This document shows positions 1 to 8,573 of a DNA stretch of 64,000 nucleotides, one piece after another. The notes beneath the pieces are model-generated. The model saw only the letters and a program-made list of their open reading frames with translations. It made no database searches and was not told the DNA's origin. Origin of the DNA: Gemmatimonadota bacterium (lineage in GTDB: Bacteria > Gemmatimonadota > Gemmatimonadetes > Gemmatimonadales > GWC2-71-9); NCBI GenBank assembly GCA_039930765.1, contig JBDTTF010000011.1, positions 28,815 through 92,814 of the forward strand, read 5' to 3'. Position numbers and translations under genes: made by a program. The stretch's first letter is position 1, and the number at the start of each line of letters is the position of its first letter.

Positions 1-26
1 TCCGGGGTGCCCGCGGCGGATATTTC

Positions 27-278
27 ATGACCAAGGATCCTGCCCTTATCAGCATGCGGGACATCATGGCCGCCTCCGAACGCCAGACCTTCGAGATGAA
101 CTGCGAAGCCCATCCGGTCGGCGAGGAACGCTGCCAGCCCGGCAGCGGCTGCAGCATCCGTCCCGTCTGGGTGGCCATCCAGCAGACCGTGGATGACCTG
201 CTCGGCCGCGTAACGCTGGCCGACCTGCTCGCCAAGGAGCCCCACGTCCAGGAACTGGTTACACTCAGTCATTCGTAG
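27..278 (+). CDS. hypothetical small Cys-containing protein; the frame is open back to the window edge, so this may be the 3' part of a longer gene
   Basis: ORF track 83 aa; no stop in frame between nt 3 and 27; followed by a hairpin+T5 terminator at 305-330; no family motif recognised. Confidence 0.35.
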   Translation: MTKDPALISMRDIMAASERQTFEMNCEAHPVGEERCQPGSGCSIRPVWVAIQQTVDDLLGRVTLADLLAKEPHVQELVTLSHS

Positions 279-304
279 CTGGCAGCCGGAAATGGATCAG
301 GTCT

Positions 305-330
305 GCCCGGCTCGAGTGGCCGGGCTTTTT
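305..330 (+). terminator. rho-independent terminator
   Basis: GCCCGGC (305-311) / loop TCGAGTG / GCCGGGC (319-325) followed by TTTTT (326-330). Confidence 0.6.
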
Positions 331-350
331 CATTGAGTGAGGGTCGGATC

Positions 351-1496
351 GTGTCCGCATCGCTTTCCCACCCCGAGTTGCTGCGCTACTCCCGGCACCT
401 GCTGCTGCCGGAAGTGGGAGTGGAGGGTCAGCAGCGGCTCAAAGCCGCCCGGGTCCTGCTGGTCGGTGCCGGGGGACTGGGTTCGCCGGCGGCGCTTTAC
501 CTCGCGGCGGCTGGCATCGGGACTCTCGGGGTGGTGGAATACGACCGGGTCGACACTACCAACCTGCAGCGCCAGATCGCCCACGGCACTTCCACGGTTG
601 GACAACCCAAACTTCAGTCGCTCACCGACCGGCTCCGCGATCTCAACCCATACGTGGTGGTCGAGCCCTACCCGGTGCGGCTCAGCTCGGCCAATGCACT
701 CGAGATCCTTCGATCATTCGATGTGGTCCTCGACGGTTCGGACAATTTCCCCACCCGATACCTGGTGAACGACGCCTGCGTCCTGCTCGGCAAACCGCTG
801 GTCTACGGTGCCATCTTCCGCTTCGAGGGGCAGGTGTCGGTCTTCGACGCCAGGAAGGGGCCCTGCTATCGCTGCCTCTATGCTGATCCGCCACCGCCCG
901 GGTTGGTGCCCAGCTGCGCCGAAGGCGGGGTGCTCGGCGTGCTACCGGGGGTCATCGGCAGTCTCCAAGCGCTCGAAGCACTCAAGCTGATTCTGGGTGT
1001 GGGGGAATCCCTGGTCGGCCGGCTGGTCCTGTTCGACGCACTGCGGTTGCGCTTCCGGGAGTTGAACCTGACTCGCGATCCCGATTGCCCGGTCTGCGGG
1101 ACCCATCCGACGATTCGGGAGTTGATCGACTACGAGGCGTTCTGCGGCATCGGGGATGGCACGGCAGCCCCGGCCGCCGGGCTCGAAATCTCGGTCGAAG
1201 CGCTGCGCGAACGCCGCCGGGCCGGAAATTCGATGCTCCTGATCGACGTTCGCGAACCGCACGAATGGGATATCGCCCATATCGACGGCGCCGAGCTGAT
1301 TCCGCTGCGTCAGCTGCCTGCCAGGCTGCGTGAACTTGATGCCCACGCCGAAATAGTCACCTACTGTCACCGCGGTCTGCGTTCGCTGCAGGCGCTCGAA
1401 TTGTTGCGCAGCGCCGGTTTTGACAACGTCCGGAGTCTGTCTGGCGGAATCGACGCCTGGGCGGCGGAGGCGGACCCGGCTATGGCGAGATACTGA
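351..1496 (+). CDS. moeB: MoeB/ThiF-type adenylyltransferase fused to a C-terminal rhodanese domain (MoeZ-like sulfur-carrier E1)
   Basis: LRYSRHLLLPEVG, GAGGLGSPAALYLAAAG nucleotide loop, CYRC and CPVC zinc pairs, C-terminal rhodanese loop YCHRGLRS; GTG 351 preceded by GAGGG (ORF-track alternative TTG 333 abuts the terminator). Confidence 0.85.
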   Translation: MSASLSHPELLRYSRHLLLPEVGVEGQQRLKAARVLLVGAGGLGSPAALYLAAAGIGTLGVVEYDRVDTTNLQRQIAHGTSTVGQPKLQSLTDRLRDLNPYVVVEPYPVRLSSANALEILRSFDVVLDGSDNFPTRYLVNDACVLLGKPLVYGAIFRFEGQVSVFDARKGPCYRCLYADPPPPGLVPSCAEGGVLGVLPGVIGSLQALEALKLILGVGESLVGRLVLFDALRLRFRELNLTRDPDCPVCGTHPTIRELIDYEAFCGIGDGTAAPAAGLEISVEALRERRRAGNSMLLIDVREPHEWDIAHIDGAELIPLRQLPARLRELDAHAEIVTYCHRGLRSLQALELLRSAGFDNVRSLSGGIDAWAAEADPAMARY

Positions 1497-1683
1497 AGGG
1501 GCGGGAACAGCAAACAGCGAAACGTGAAAAGCGAGAAATGCAAAGGGAACAGGAACCCGGGTTCTGGTAAGCGGGCCTTTGGCCTGGCTTACTCTGTCTC
1601 GCAACCAGAACGGGGGGCCGGCGTCCGCATGGCGTCGGTGCCCCCCGTTGGCTGTTCGCTGCTGGCTTTTCACTGCGGTCCAG

Positions 1684-1767
1684 TGCCGAAGGGGGGACTC
1701 GAACCCCCACGGGCTTGCGCCCACTGCGCCCTGAACGCAGCGCGTCTACCAATTCCACCACTCCGGC
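1684..1767 (-). tRNA. tRNA-Leu (anticodon CAG), long variable arm, CCA not encoded
   Basis: Minus-strand read GCCGGAGTGGTGGAATTGGTAGACGCG-CTGCG-TTCAGGG-CGCAG-...GGGGGTTCGAGTCCCCC-CTTCGGCA; 7-bp acceptor stem with one G-T pair; anticodon loop TTCAGGG; GGTTCGAGTCC T-arm. Confidence 0.9.
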
Positions 1768-1814
1768 GTGGGCGACAAACTACTCCGATATCGCCGCTCA
1801 CGTCAAGACGGACG

Positions 1815-1843
1815 TTGACCGGTCCCAACTGCAACTCTATCTT
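1815..1843 (+). promoter_or_regulatory. candidate sigma70-type promoter for smpB
   Basis: TTGACC (1815-1820), 17-nt spacer, TATCTT (1838-1843), about 18 nt before the TTG start at 1861. Confidence 0.4.
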
Positions 1844-1860
1844 GCGTTTGCGAGTCATCC

Positions 1861-2349
1861 TTGAACACGAAAACGAGTCGCCCCGAGGAGGGCCGGAAAT
1901 CGATCGCCCGTAACCCGAAGGCGACGTATGACTACCACATCCTCGAGACGTGGGAGGCCGGGCTGGTACTGACTGGTACCGAGGTCAAATCACTCCGCAG
2001 TGGCAAGGCATCGATCAAGGAGTCCTTCGCCCGGCTCAAGAATGGCGAGGTCTTCGTCGAAGGGCTCAACATCACGCCGTACGCCCAGGGCAACCGCTAC
2101 AACCACGATCCGGTCCGCAGCCGCAAGCTGCTGCTCAATCGCAAGGAGATCGAGAGGATGGTCGGCTCGGTCGAGCGCCTGGGACTGACCCTGATTCCCC
2201 TCGAGCTTTACTTCAGTCGCGGACGCGCCAAGCTCGCCCTGGCCCTGGCCCGCGGCAAGAAGAAGCACGACCGCCGCGAAGACGTCAAACAGCGGGAAGC
2301 CTCGCGGGATATCGCCCGCGCCCTGAGCACCAAGGGCCGCGAGTCGTGA
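1861..2349 (+). CDS. smpB: SsrA-binding protein SmpB
   Basis: IARNPKATYDYHILETWEAGLVLTGTEVKSLR and LLLNRKEI motifs; basic C-terminal tail; TTG start, with no ATG/GTG upstream of the conserved core. Confidence 0.9.
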   Translation: MNTKTSRPEEGRKSIARNPKATYDYHILETWEAGLVLTGTEVKSLRSGKASIKESFARLKNGEVFVEGLNITPYAQGNRYNHDPVRSRKLLLNRKEIERMVGSVERLGLTLIPLELYFSRGRAKLALALARGKKKHDRREDVKQREASRDIARALSTKGRES

Positions 2350-3548
2350 TCGCACTTCTCGTATCCGCACTGCTCGGCAGCGCCGCCGTGCCCGGTCAAC
2401 TCCTGGTGGTCACCCCGCGCGGTGAGTCCCGGCTCCCGATCTTTGCCGATACCCTGGCCGGCCCGCAGCTCGCCGCCAGCGGCCTGGCGGTGGCACTCCG
2501 GGGCCAGCTCAAGTCGGATAGCGGCTGGTATCAGGTGACCATCGCCCAGAAGCTGTTCCGCTTCTGGCCCGGGGTGGCCGCGGTGCGCTGCAACGACACG
2601 CTGCTGCCGCTGGCCAGTGCACCACTCCTCCACGGGGACACCCTCTTCATCCCACTGCAGTTCGCCGCCGAGATGCTCCCCTCGCGTTTTACCGAGCGCT
2701 ACCGGTGGGATCAGACCGCCGTGCGGCTGACCGAGATCGGACCGGCGATACCGCCCCCTCCGCCCCCCAGGGTGGCCACTTCCGAGCGGCTGCCAAATGG
2801 GCTCAAGCCGGGGCATGTCGTGACCATCGACCCGGGCCACGGCGGGGTTGACCCGGGCACCCACGGCCAATTCTTCGCCCCCGGAATGACCGAGAGCAAG
2901 GCCGTGCTGCAGATCGGCTTGCTGCTCCGCGAGGAACTGAAATCGCGCGGCATCGGTGTGGTCATGACCCGGACCACGGATACCCTGATCTCGTTGTACC
3001 AGCGTGGCAGCTACTGCCGGGATGCCTGCGATCTGTTCGTCAGCATCCACGTCAACTCCCTGCCGCCCCGCCGTGCCGATCCCAATCACAATGGGTTTAC
3101 CACCTATATCCTGGCCGAAGCCCGGACCGAAGAAGCTTCCCGGGTGGAAAAGATGGAAAACGAAGCCATCCGGTTCGAGAACAACGACATGCGGGACAGC
3201 GTGGCCAGTGGCCTCGACTTCATCCTGCGCGATCTGCAGGCCAACGAGTACCTGCGCGAGTCGGCCCGGCTGGCCGACCTGATCCAGGACAAGCTCGAAC
3301 CGGTGCATACCGGGGCCGACCTCGGCGTCAAACAGGCCAACTTCGTCGTGCTGACCACGGCTCAGCGGCCTGCTGTGCTGGTCGAAACCGGATTCCGTAC
3401 CAGCCCGAGTGATATCCGCATGCTCACCACCAAGAACGGTCAGAAATCGCTGGCGGCCGCCATCGCCGATGCCATCGTGGCCTATCTGCTTGAATACGAG
3501 CGCCGCAGCGATGCCTCATCTGATTCGGCCACCAAGGGCCGGCCATGA
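2346..3548 (+). CDS. N-acetylmuramoyl-L-alanine amidase (Amidase_3 family, AmiC-like) with N-terminal signal/AMIN-like region
   Basis: VVTIDPGHGGVDPG, FVSIHVNS, VLVETGF motifs; hydrophobic N-terminus VIALLVSALLGSAAV; GTG 2346 overlaps the smpB stop (GTGA). The 1950 start in the ORF track is an upstream extension inside smpB. Confidence 0.85.
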   Translation: MIALLVSALLGSAAVPGQLLVVTPRGESRLPIFADTLAGPQLAASGLAVALRGQLKSDSGWYQVTIAQKLFRFWPGVAAVRCNDTLLPLASAPLLHGDTLFIPLQFAAEMLPSRFTERYRWDQTAVRLTEIGPAIPPPPPPRVATSERLPNGLKPGHVVTIDPGHGGVDPGTHGQFFAPGMTESKAVLQIGLLLREELKSRGIGVVMTRTTDTLISLYQRGSYCRDACDLFVSIHVNSLPPRRADPNHNGFTTYILAEARTEEASRVEKMENEAIRFENNDMRDSVASGLDFILRDLQANEYLRESARLADLIQDKLEPVHTGADLGVKQANFVVLTTAQRPAVLVETGFRTSPSDIRMLTTKNGQKSLAAAIADAIVAYLLEYERRSDASSDSATKGRP

Positions 3549-4948
3549 AATTCCGGCTGCTGCTGTTCCTCCTGCTGGTCCCGATCTGGTCGTGTGCCTA
3601 CTTCAATGGGATGTACAACGCCCGGCGGCTGGCCAACAGCGCCCGCAAGGCCGATCGCGAGGGCCGCAGCTTCGAGTCCACCCGTCTCTGGGGTCTGGCC
3701 GCGACCAAGGCCGAATCGCTCCAGTCACAGCATCCCCGGAGCAAGTATGTGCCCGAGGCCCGGCTGATCCAGGCCTCATCGCTGGCCCGCAGTGGCAACT
3801 GCGATGCGGCGATTCCGGAGGCCGAGCGCGCGATCGCGACCTCCTCCGAGCTCAGGCTGGTCGAGGATGCTGCCCTCCTGCTCGGCCGCTGCTATGACGC
3901 GCGCAACGATCCGGCGGCGGCACTCGAGGCCTACGGCCGCATCCTGAACAGTCGGGACTCACGGCGTCGCAGCGAGGCTGTCTTTCAGCACGGCCGGGCC
4001 GAGCGCGAGCTCGGCCTGTACGCCGATGCCCTTGCCGATCTGTCCGGCAGCAAGGATCCCAGGGCCCAGGGTGAACGGGCGGCCGCACTCATGGGACTGG
4101 GCAAGACGGTGGAGGGGGAGGCGGTGGTTGATTCGTTGATAGTCGCTCACGATTCGCTGGCGCCCTGGGGCGATCTGTTCGATGCCTATGCCAGGACCGA
4201 TCCCACCAGAGCCTCCGCCCTGATCCAGCGTGTCAGCAGCGACACCGCCTTCCGTCGCAGCGATCGGGTTGACTGGATCGTCGGCGATGCTGAACGGTCC
4301 GCCACCGTCGACCCCGCCGCGGCCGCTCGTCAGCTGGCAGTGGCCGAATCGCTCGGCGGCGGCGGTTCCACTCGGACCAGGCAAGTCCAGCTGAGTGTGG
4401 TCAAGGCACAGCTTGCCCAGGTTGGCACGCTGTCGGAACTGCTGCCGCTGGTGGACCGACTGGAAGATCTGGGGGAACGAGGCGGCGCCTCGGCGCCGCT
4501 GGCCATCCGGACTGCCAAGTCTGCCAGGGTGATTCTGGCCGCGGCGGACTCGACCCAGCGCGACGCACCGCAGTATGATCTCCGGCTGTTTCTGGCCGCC
4601 GAGCTGGCCCGGGACTCTCTCGGCGCCAACCAGCTGGCGTCCGGCCTGCTGCACCAGCTCGTCACCAGCAGTCCGGATTCGCCCTACGCCCCCAAGGCGG
4701 CGCTGGCCCTGCAACTCGTTTCCCCAACGCCGGACGACTCGCTGCGTGACGGGGTGCTGGCGCGCCACCCGGGCAGCCCCTACCTCCTCGCGATCAAGGG
4801 TGCCGACGCTCCCGGCTACCTGGAGCTGGAGGATTCACTGCGCAATTTCATGGGCCGCTACCGGACTCCGACCGAGCAGCGCCGAGTTCGGGCCCCGTCC
4901 CGGCCGGGTGCCAGGCCGGAAGTCCGCGAGCCGGCCCCTTCACCGTGA
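3545..4948 (+). CDS. uncharacterised TPR-like lipoprotein
   Basis: Signal peptide + lipobox MKFRLLLFLLLVPIWSC; helical repeat-like, Ala/Leu/Arg-rich body; ATGA overlap with the amidase stop. Confidence 0.6.
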   Translation: MKFRLLLFLLLVPIWSCAYFNGMYNARRLANSARKADREGRSFESTRLWGLAATKAESLQSQHPRSKYVPEARLIQASSLARSGNCDAAIPEAERAIATSSELRLVEDAALLLGRCYDARNDPAAALEAYGRILNSRDSRRRSEAVFQHGRAERELGLYADALADLSGSKDPRAQGERAAALMGLGKTVEGEAVVDSLIVAHDSLAPWGDLFDAYARTDPTRASALIQRVSSDTAFRRSDRVDWIVGDAERSATVDPAAAARQLAVAESLGGGGSTRTRQVQLSVVKAQLAQVGTLSELLPLVDRLEDLGERGGASAPLAIRTAKSARVILAAADSTQRDAPQYDLRLFLAAELARDSLGANQLASGLLHQLVTSSPDSPYAPKAALALQLVSPTPDDSLRDGVLARHPGSPYLLAIKGADAPGYLELEDSLRNFMGRYRTPTEQRRVRAPSRPGARPEVREPAPSP

Positions 4949-5823
4949 CACATCCGCCGCTGGCCCGTGAAGTGTTCGGGCGCCGGTTCCGCAATCCGGT
5001 GCTGCTTGCGGCCGGTACCGCGGGGTTCGGGCGCGAGCTGGTCGGGATCATCGACCTGGCCCGGATCGGTGGACTGATCACCAAGGCGGTATCGCCACTG
5101 CCCAGGGCGGGGAATGCCTCGCCTAGAGTGGCCGAGTTTGCCGGGGGAATGCTGAATTCGATCGGCCTGGCCAATCCCGGTCTCGAGGCCGTCGGCGCAG
5201 AATCGCTACCCTGGCTTGCCCGGGAGTGGTCCGACCTGCCGGTGCTGGTCAACGTGGTCGGCGACTCCGCCGATGATTACGCCGCCGTGGTCGCCGGCCT
5301 CACGGCTTCGCCGGCGGTGGCCGCATTCGAACTCAATCTCTCCTGTCCCAACGGGCACGCCGGCGGCCTCGAATTCGGGGCCGATCCCAACTCGGTGGCC
5401 GAAGTGGTTTCGGCCTGCCTGGCCAGGACCAGCAAACCACTGGTGGCCAAGCTCTCCCCCGCGCTGCCTGACATTGCCGGGATGGCCGCGGTGGCGGTGG
5501 CCGCGGGGGCAGCGGGAGTCTCTGTGGTCAACACGCTGCCCGGCTACCTGTACGCCGGAGCCACTGCGGTTCCCCGGGTTGGCCAGGGCAACGGCGGGGT
5601 CAGCGGTCCGGCGCTGCTGCCGATCGGCGTCCTGGCCACGCGCAAGGTGCGAGCACGGCTTCCCTCCATTGTGATCATTGGTGTCGGCGGAGTTTGCTCG
5701 GCGTCCGACGTCAGCCAGTATCTCCAGGCCGGCGCCGACCTCGTGGCCATCGGGACCGCGGCCCTCGCCGATCCCAGACTCCCGGAGCGAATCGTGCGCC
5801 AGCTGGAATCCGCCGGTGGCTGA
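4945..5823 (+). CDS. pyrD: dihydroorotate dehydrogenase (class 1)
   Basis: FRNPVLLAAGTAGFG, MLNSIGLANPG, ELNLSCPN, GGVSGPAL, IGVGGV motifs; GTGA overlap with the upstream stop. Confidence 0.9.
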   Translation: MTHPPLAREVFGRRFRNPVLLAAGTAGFGRELVGIIDLARIGGLITKAVSPLPRAGNASPRVAEFAGGMLNSIGLANPGLEAVGAESLPWLAREWSDLPVLVNVVGDSADDYAAVVAGLTASPAVAAFELNLSCPNGHAGGLEFGADPNSVAEVVSACLARTSKPLVAKLSPALPDIAGMAAVAVAAGAAGVSVVNTLPGYLYAGATAVPRVGQGNGGVSGPALLPIGVLATRKVRARLPSIVIIGVGGVCSASDVSQYLQAGADLVAIGTAALADPRLPERIVRQLESAGG

Positions 5824-6496
5824 ACTCATCATCGCGCTGGACCTGCCCAGCGAACTCGAAGCGCTGCGCCTGCTCGACCGGATTCCTGACGCCCGCTGGG
5901 TCAAGGTGGGATCGATCCTGATGACCCGCGCAGGTCCCTCGCTGCTGCACGAGCTCCGGGCACGCGGCCTTCAGATCTTTCTCGATCTCAAATGGCACGA
6001 CATCCCCAACACCGTTGCGGCTGCGGTCGAGGCGGCCGGTGCAGTGGGCGTGGCCATGGCCACGGTCCATACCCTCGGAGGCCCGGCCATGATGAGGGCC
6101 GCGGCCCAGGCCGCCGGACACGAGCTTGGCCTCGTGGGCGTGACGGTGCTGACCTCGCTCGGCCCCGACGAGCTGGCCGCCACACTCGGCCGCGATTCCG
6201 TGGTAGTCCTTGAGGAAGTCACCCGGCTGGCCAGCTCTGCGGCCAGATCAGGGCTTCGAGGTGTCGTCTGCTCCGCGCTTGAGGCCGCGCCGGTGCGCCA
6301 GGCTCTCGGCCCGGAGGCGTGGATTGTGGTTCCGGGCATCCGGCGCCCCTCGGATGCCACCGGGGATCAGGTGCGAACCGCGACACCCGCATCGGCAGTG
6401 GCCGCCGGCGCAACTCACATTGTGGTCGGCAGGCCAATTTTGTCAGCCCAGGATCCGGCCGAAGTGTTTCATGAAATGTCGGGACTGGCTGCGTGA
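5816..6496 (+). CDS. pyrF: orotidine-5'-phosphate decarboxylase
   Basis: LIIALDL, FLDLKWHDIPNTV, VPGIR, IVVGRPI motifs; GTG 5816 overlaps the pyrD end by 8 nt (ORF-track start 5678 is an in-frame extension inside pyrD). Confidence 0.85.
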   Translation: MAELIIALDLPSELEALRLLDRIPDARWVKVGSILMTRAGPSLLHELRARGLQIFLDLKWHDIPNTVAAAVEAAGAVGVAMATVHTLGGPAMMRAAAQAAGHELGLVGVTVLTSLGPDELAATLGRDSVVVLEEVTRLASSAARSGLRGVVCSALEAAPVRQALGPEAWIVVPGIRRPSDATGDQVRTATPASAVAAGATHIVVGRPILSAQDPAEVFHEMSGLAA

Positions 6497-6906
6497 TCCT
6501 CGGTCCCGCGCTGGCCCTCCTGCTTTGCATTCCCGGAGTCTCCCGCCAGGCACCCGATCTGGCCCCGGTGGCAGAGCTGGCTCGGCAGGCTTTGGCCTCT
6601 CACGATGCGGCGCTACTCCTCGGCGCCAGCACCCGGGTGCTGCTTCAATTACCGGGAGCCGCACCCTCTGCCCCGGTTGGCCGAGCCCATTCCAAGGCAC
6701 TGCTCGACTCTTATCTGGATGATTTCGAAGAGGTTACGACTGAAGTCCGAAGCGTGAGCCTGGCCGGCGAAAAGGCTGGAACCGTGGAACTACGCCGCAG
6801 TTACCGGGTGCCGGGAACCTCAGGGGTGCGGATCCAGTCCGTGCTTCTGGCGTATCAGTTGATTCAGGGTCGCTGGGTCCTGGCTGAACTCCGAATCACT
6901 GGATAG
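6493..6906 (+). CDS. hypothetical secreted protein (DUF4783-like by recollection only)
   Basis: N-terminal signal-like MILGPALALLLCIPGVS; GTGA overlap with the pyrF stop; no catalytic motif. Confidence 0.5.
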   Translation: MILGPALALLLCIPGVSRQAPDLAPVAELARQALASHDAALLLGASTRVLLQLPGAAPSAPVGRAHSKALLDSYLDDFEEVTTEVRSVSLAGEKAGTVELRRSYRVPGTSGVRIQSVLLAYQLIQGRWVLAELRITG

Positions 6907-6971
6907 GTCTCTCGCCGGACCGCATCGCGCAGTGGATGTGTGCGACTCCCAATCCCTTGCTGTCGTTTCCC

Positions 6972-7000
6972 TTGCGTCGTCCTGACCCCCGCTCTATATT
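6972..7000 (+). promoter_or_regulatory. candidate promoter of the rpmJ-rplQ operon
   Basis: TTGCGT (6972-6977), 17-nt spacer, TATATT (6995-7000); AGGGAG Shine-Dalgarno 7 nt before the rpmJ GTG. Confidence 0.5.
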
Positions 7001-7039
7001 GTGAAGCTGGCCTCTAAACCCGGTTTCAGGGAGCTGCGC

Positions 7040-7156
7040 GTGAAGGTTCGTTCAAGTGTGAAGCCCATCTGCGAGCACTGCAAAGTGGTCAAGCGGCAGG
7101 GCGTCGTGCGGGTCATCTGCAAGCGTACCCCCAAACACAAGCAGCGGCAGGGCTGA
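7040..7156 (+). CDS. rpmJ: 50S ribosomal protein L36 (zinc-binding C3H form)
   Basis: Not in the ORF track (38 aa); hand translation [38 protein letters not shown]; GTG start. Confidence 0.9.
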   Translation: MKVRSSVKPICEHCKVVKRQGVVRVICKRTPKHKQRQG

Positions 7157-7157
7157 T

Positions 7158-7538
7158 ATGGCGCGCATTTCAGGCGTGGATCTGCCACGCGAGAAGCGGG
7201 TCGAAGTGGCCCTGACCTACATCTTCGGCATCGGTCGTCAGACCAGCGCCCGTCTCCTCAAGGAAACTGGCGTGAGTCCGGACGTCCGGGTCCGGGATCT
7301 TTCCGACTCCGAAGTGGCCCGGCTGCGGCAGGTCATCGAGCGTTCGGTCAAGGTCGAGGGCGCCCTGCGGACCGAAGTTGCCATGAACATCAAGCGGCTC
7401 CAGGATATTGGCAGCTATCGCGGCATTCGTCACCGCCGCGGCCTGCCGGTTCGGGGTCAGCGTACGCATACCAACGCCCGGACCAAGAAAGGCCCGCGTC
7501 GGGCCATCGCGGGCAAGAAGAAGGTGACCAAGAAGTAA
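7158..7538 (+). CDS. rpsM: 30S ribosomal protein S13
   Basis: [26 protein letters not shown]..., [19 protein letters not shown]. Confidence 0.95.
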   Translation: MARISGVDLPREKRVEVALTYIFGIGRQTSARLLKETGVSPDVRVRDLSDSEVARLRQVIERSVKVEGALRTEVAMNIKRLQDIGSYRGIRHRRGLPVRGQRTHTNARTKKGPRRAIAGKKKVTKK

Positions 7539-7934
7539 ATGACTGCCCCTGTCAAAGTGCCCGGCGCCAAGCGCGCAAAAAAGGTGGTCGAGTCCGAGGG
7601 CGTCGCCCACGTCACGGCCACGTTCAACAACCTGCTGATTACCATCACCGACCTGCGCGGCAACACCCTGGTCTGGGGTTCCGCCGGCAAGGCTGGTTTC
7701 AAGGGCTCCAAGAAGTCGACCCCGTTCGCCGCCACCGTCGCCGCCGAGAACTGCGGCCGGGAGGCCATGAACCTCGGCCTGCGCCGGATCCACGTCCGGG
7801 TACAGGGTCCTGGCAGCGGCCGCGAATCGGCTATCCAGGCACTGGCCTCGGTCGGTCTGCGGGTGGTGTCGATCCGGGATGTCACTCCCATTCCTCACAA
7901 CGGCTGCCGGCCGCCGAAGAAGCGGCGGGTCTGA
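7539..7934 (+). CDS. rpsK: 30S ribosomal protein S11
   Basis: [22 protein letters not shown]...[13 protein letters not shown]...[16 protein letters not shown]. Confidence 0.95.
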   Translation: MTAPVKVPGAKRAKKVVESEGVAHVTATFNNLLITITDLRGNTLVWGSAGKAGFKGSKKSTPFAATVAAENCGREAMNLGLRRIHVRVQGPGSGRESAIQALASVGLRVVSIRDVTPIPHNGCRPPKKRRV

Positions 7935-7937
7935 TCT

Positions 7938-8573
7938 ATGTCGCGCTATACCGAAGCCAGCTGCCGTCAGTGTCGCCGTGAAGGCACCAAGCTGTTCCTC
8001 AAGGGCACCCGCTGCCTGACCGAGAAGTGCGCCGTCGAGCGCCGGGCCTATCCGCCGGGTCAGCACGGCCAGTCAACCGGCCGGCATCGCAAGGCGTCGG
8101 AATACGCCAAGCAGCTCCGGGAAAAGCAGAAGGTCAAGCGGATGTACGGCCTGACCGAGCGCCAGTTCCGGAACACCTTCGACGCCGTCGCCCAGGAGGG
8201 CGGGGTCAAGGGCACCAATCTGCTCGTCGCGCTCGAAAGCCGGCTCGACAACATCGTGTACCGTCTGGGCTTCGCGGCCAGCCGCAAGGCGGCCCGCCAG
8301 CTGGTCCGTCACGGCCATGTCGAGATCAACGCCCATCGGGTCGACATCCCGTCGTTCCATGTCCTCCCGGGCCAGGAAGTGCGCGTCGCCACCGCCAGCC
8401 GTGAAAACGTCTCGGTCAAGCTGGCCCAGGAAGCGGCCACCCGTGGCGCACCACTGGCCTGGCTCAATATCGATGCTGAAAAGGCCGCTGGCCGGGTGAC
8501 GGAACGCCCGACCCGCGAGCAGATCCCGATCAACGCCCAGGAACAGCTCATCGTCGAGCTCTACTCGAAGTGA
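7938..8573 (+). CDS. rpsD: 30S ribosomal protein S4 (Cys4 zinc-ribbon form)
   Basis: MSRYTEASCRQCRREGTKLFLKGTRCLTEKC, RLDNIVYRLGFA, S4 RNA-binding domain. Confidence 0.95.
   Translation: MSRYTEASCRQCRREGTKLFLKGTRCLTEKCAVERRAYPPGQHGQSTGRHRKASEYAKQLREKQKVKRMYGLTERQFRNTFDAVAQEGGVKGTNLLVALESRLDNIVYRLGFAASRKAARQLVRHGHVEINAHRVDIPSFHVLPGQEVRVATASRENVSVKLAQEAATRGAPLAWLNIDAEKAAGRVTERPTREQIPINAQEQLIVELYSK

Noticed and set aside
27-278. Small ORF upstream of MoeB/MoeZ as a ubiquitin-like sulfur carrier (ThiS/MoaD/CysO type)
   Set aside because: The C-terminus is ...VTLSHS with no Gly-Gly anywhere near the end. A terminator separates it from moeB. The frame may continue upstream of the window.
1684-1767. 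tRNA-Leu as an integration hotspot flanked by an island
   Set aside because: There is no integrase, no duplicated tRNA 3' fragment and no compositional break. Both flanks are core genes (moeB, smpB).
1950-3548. Long N-terminal extensions in the ORF track (starts 1950, 5678, 10310, 11062, 19526, 21795, 22541, 23239, 24272, 24655, 58010, 59068, 61187)
   Set aside because: The extensions run through the preceding gene in another frame. The conserved N-termini ([35 protein letters not shown] and others) begin at internal starts that overlap the upstream stop codon.
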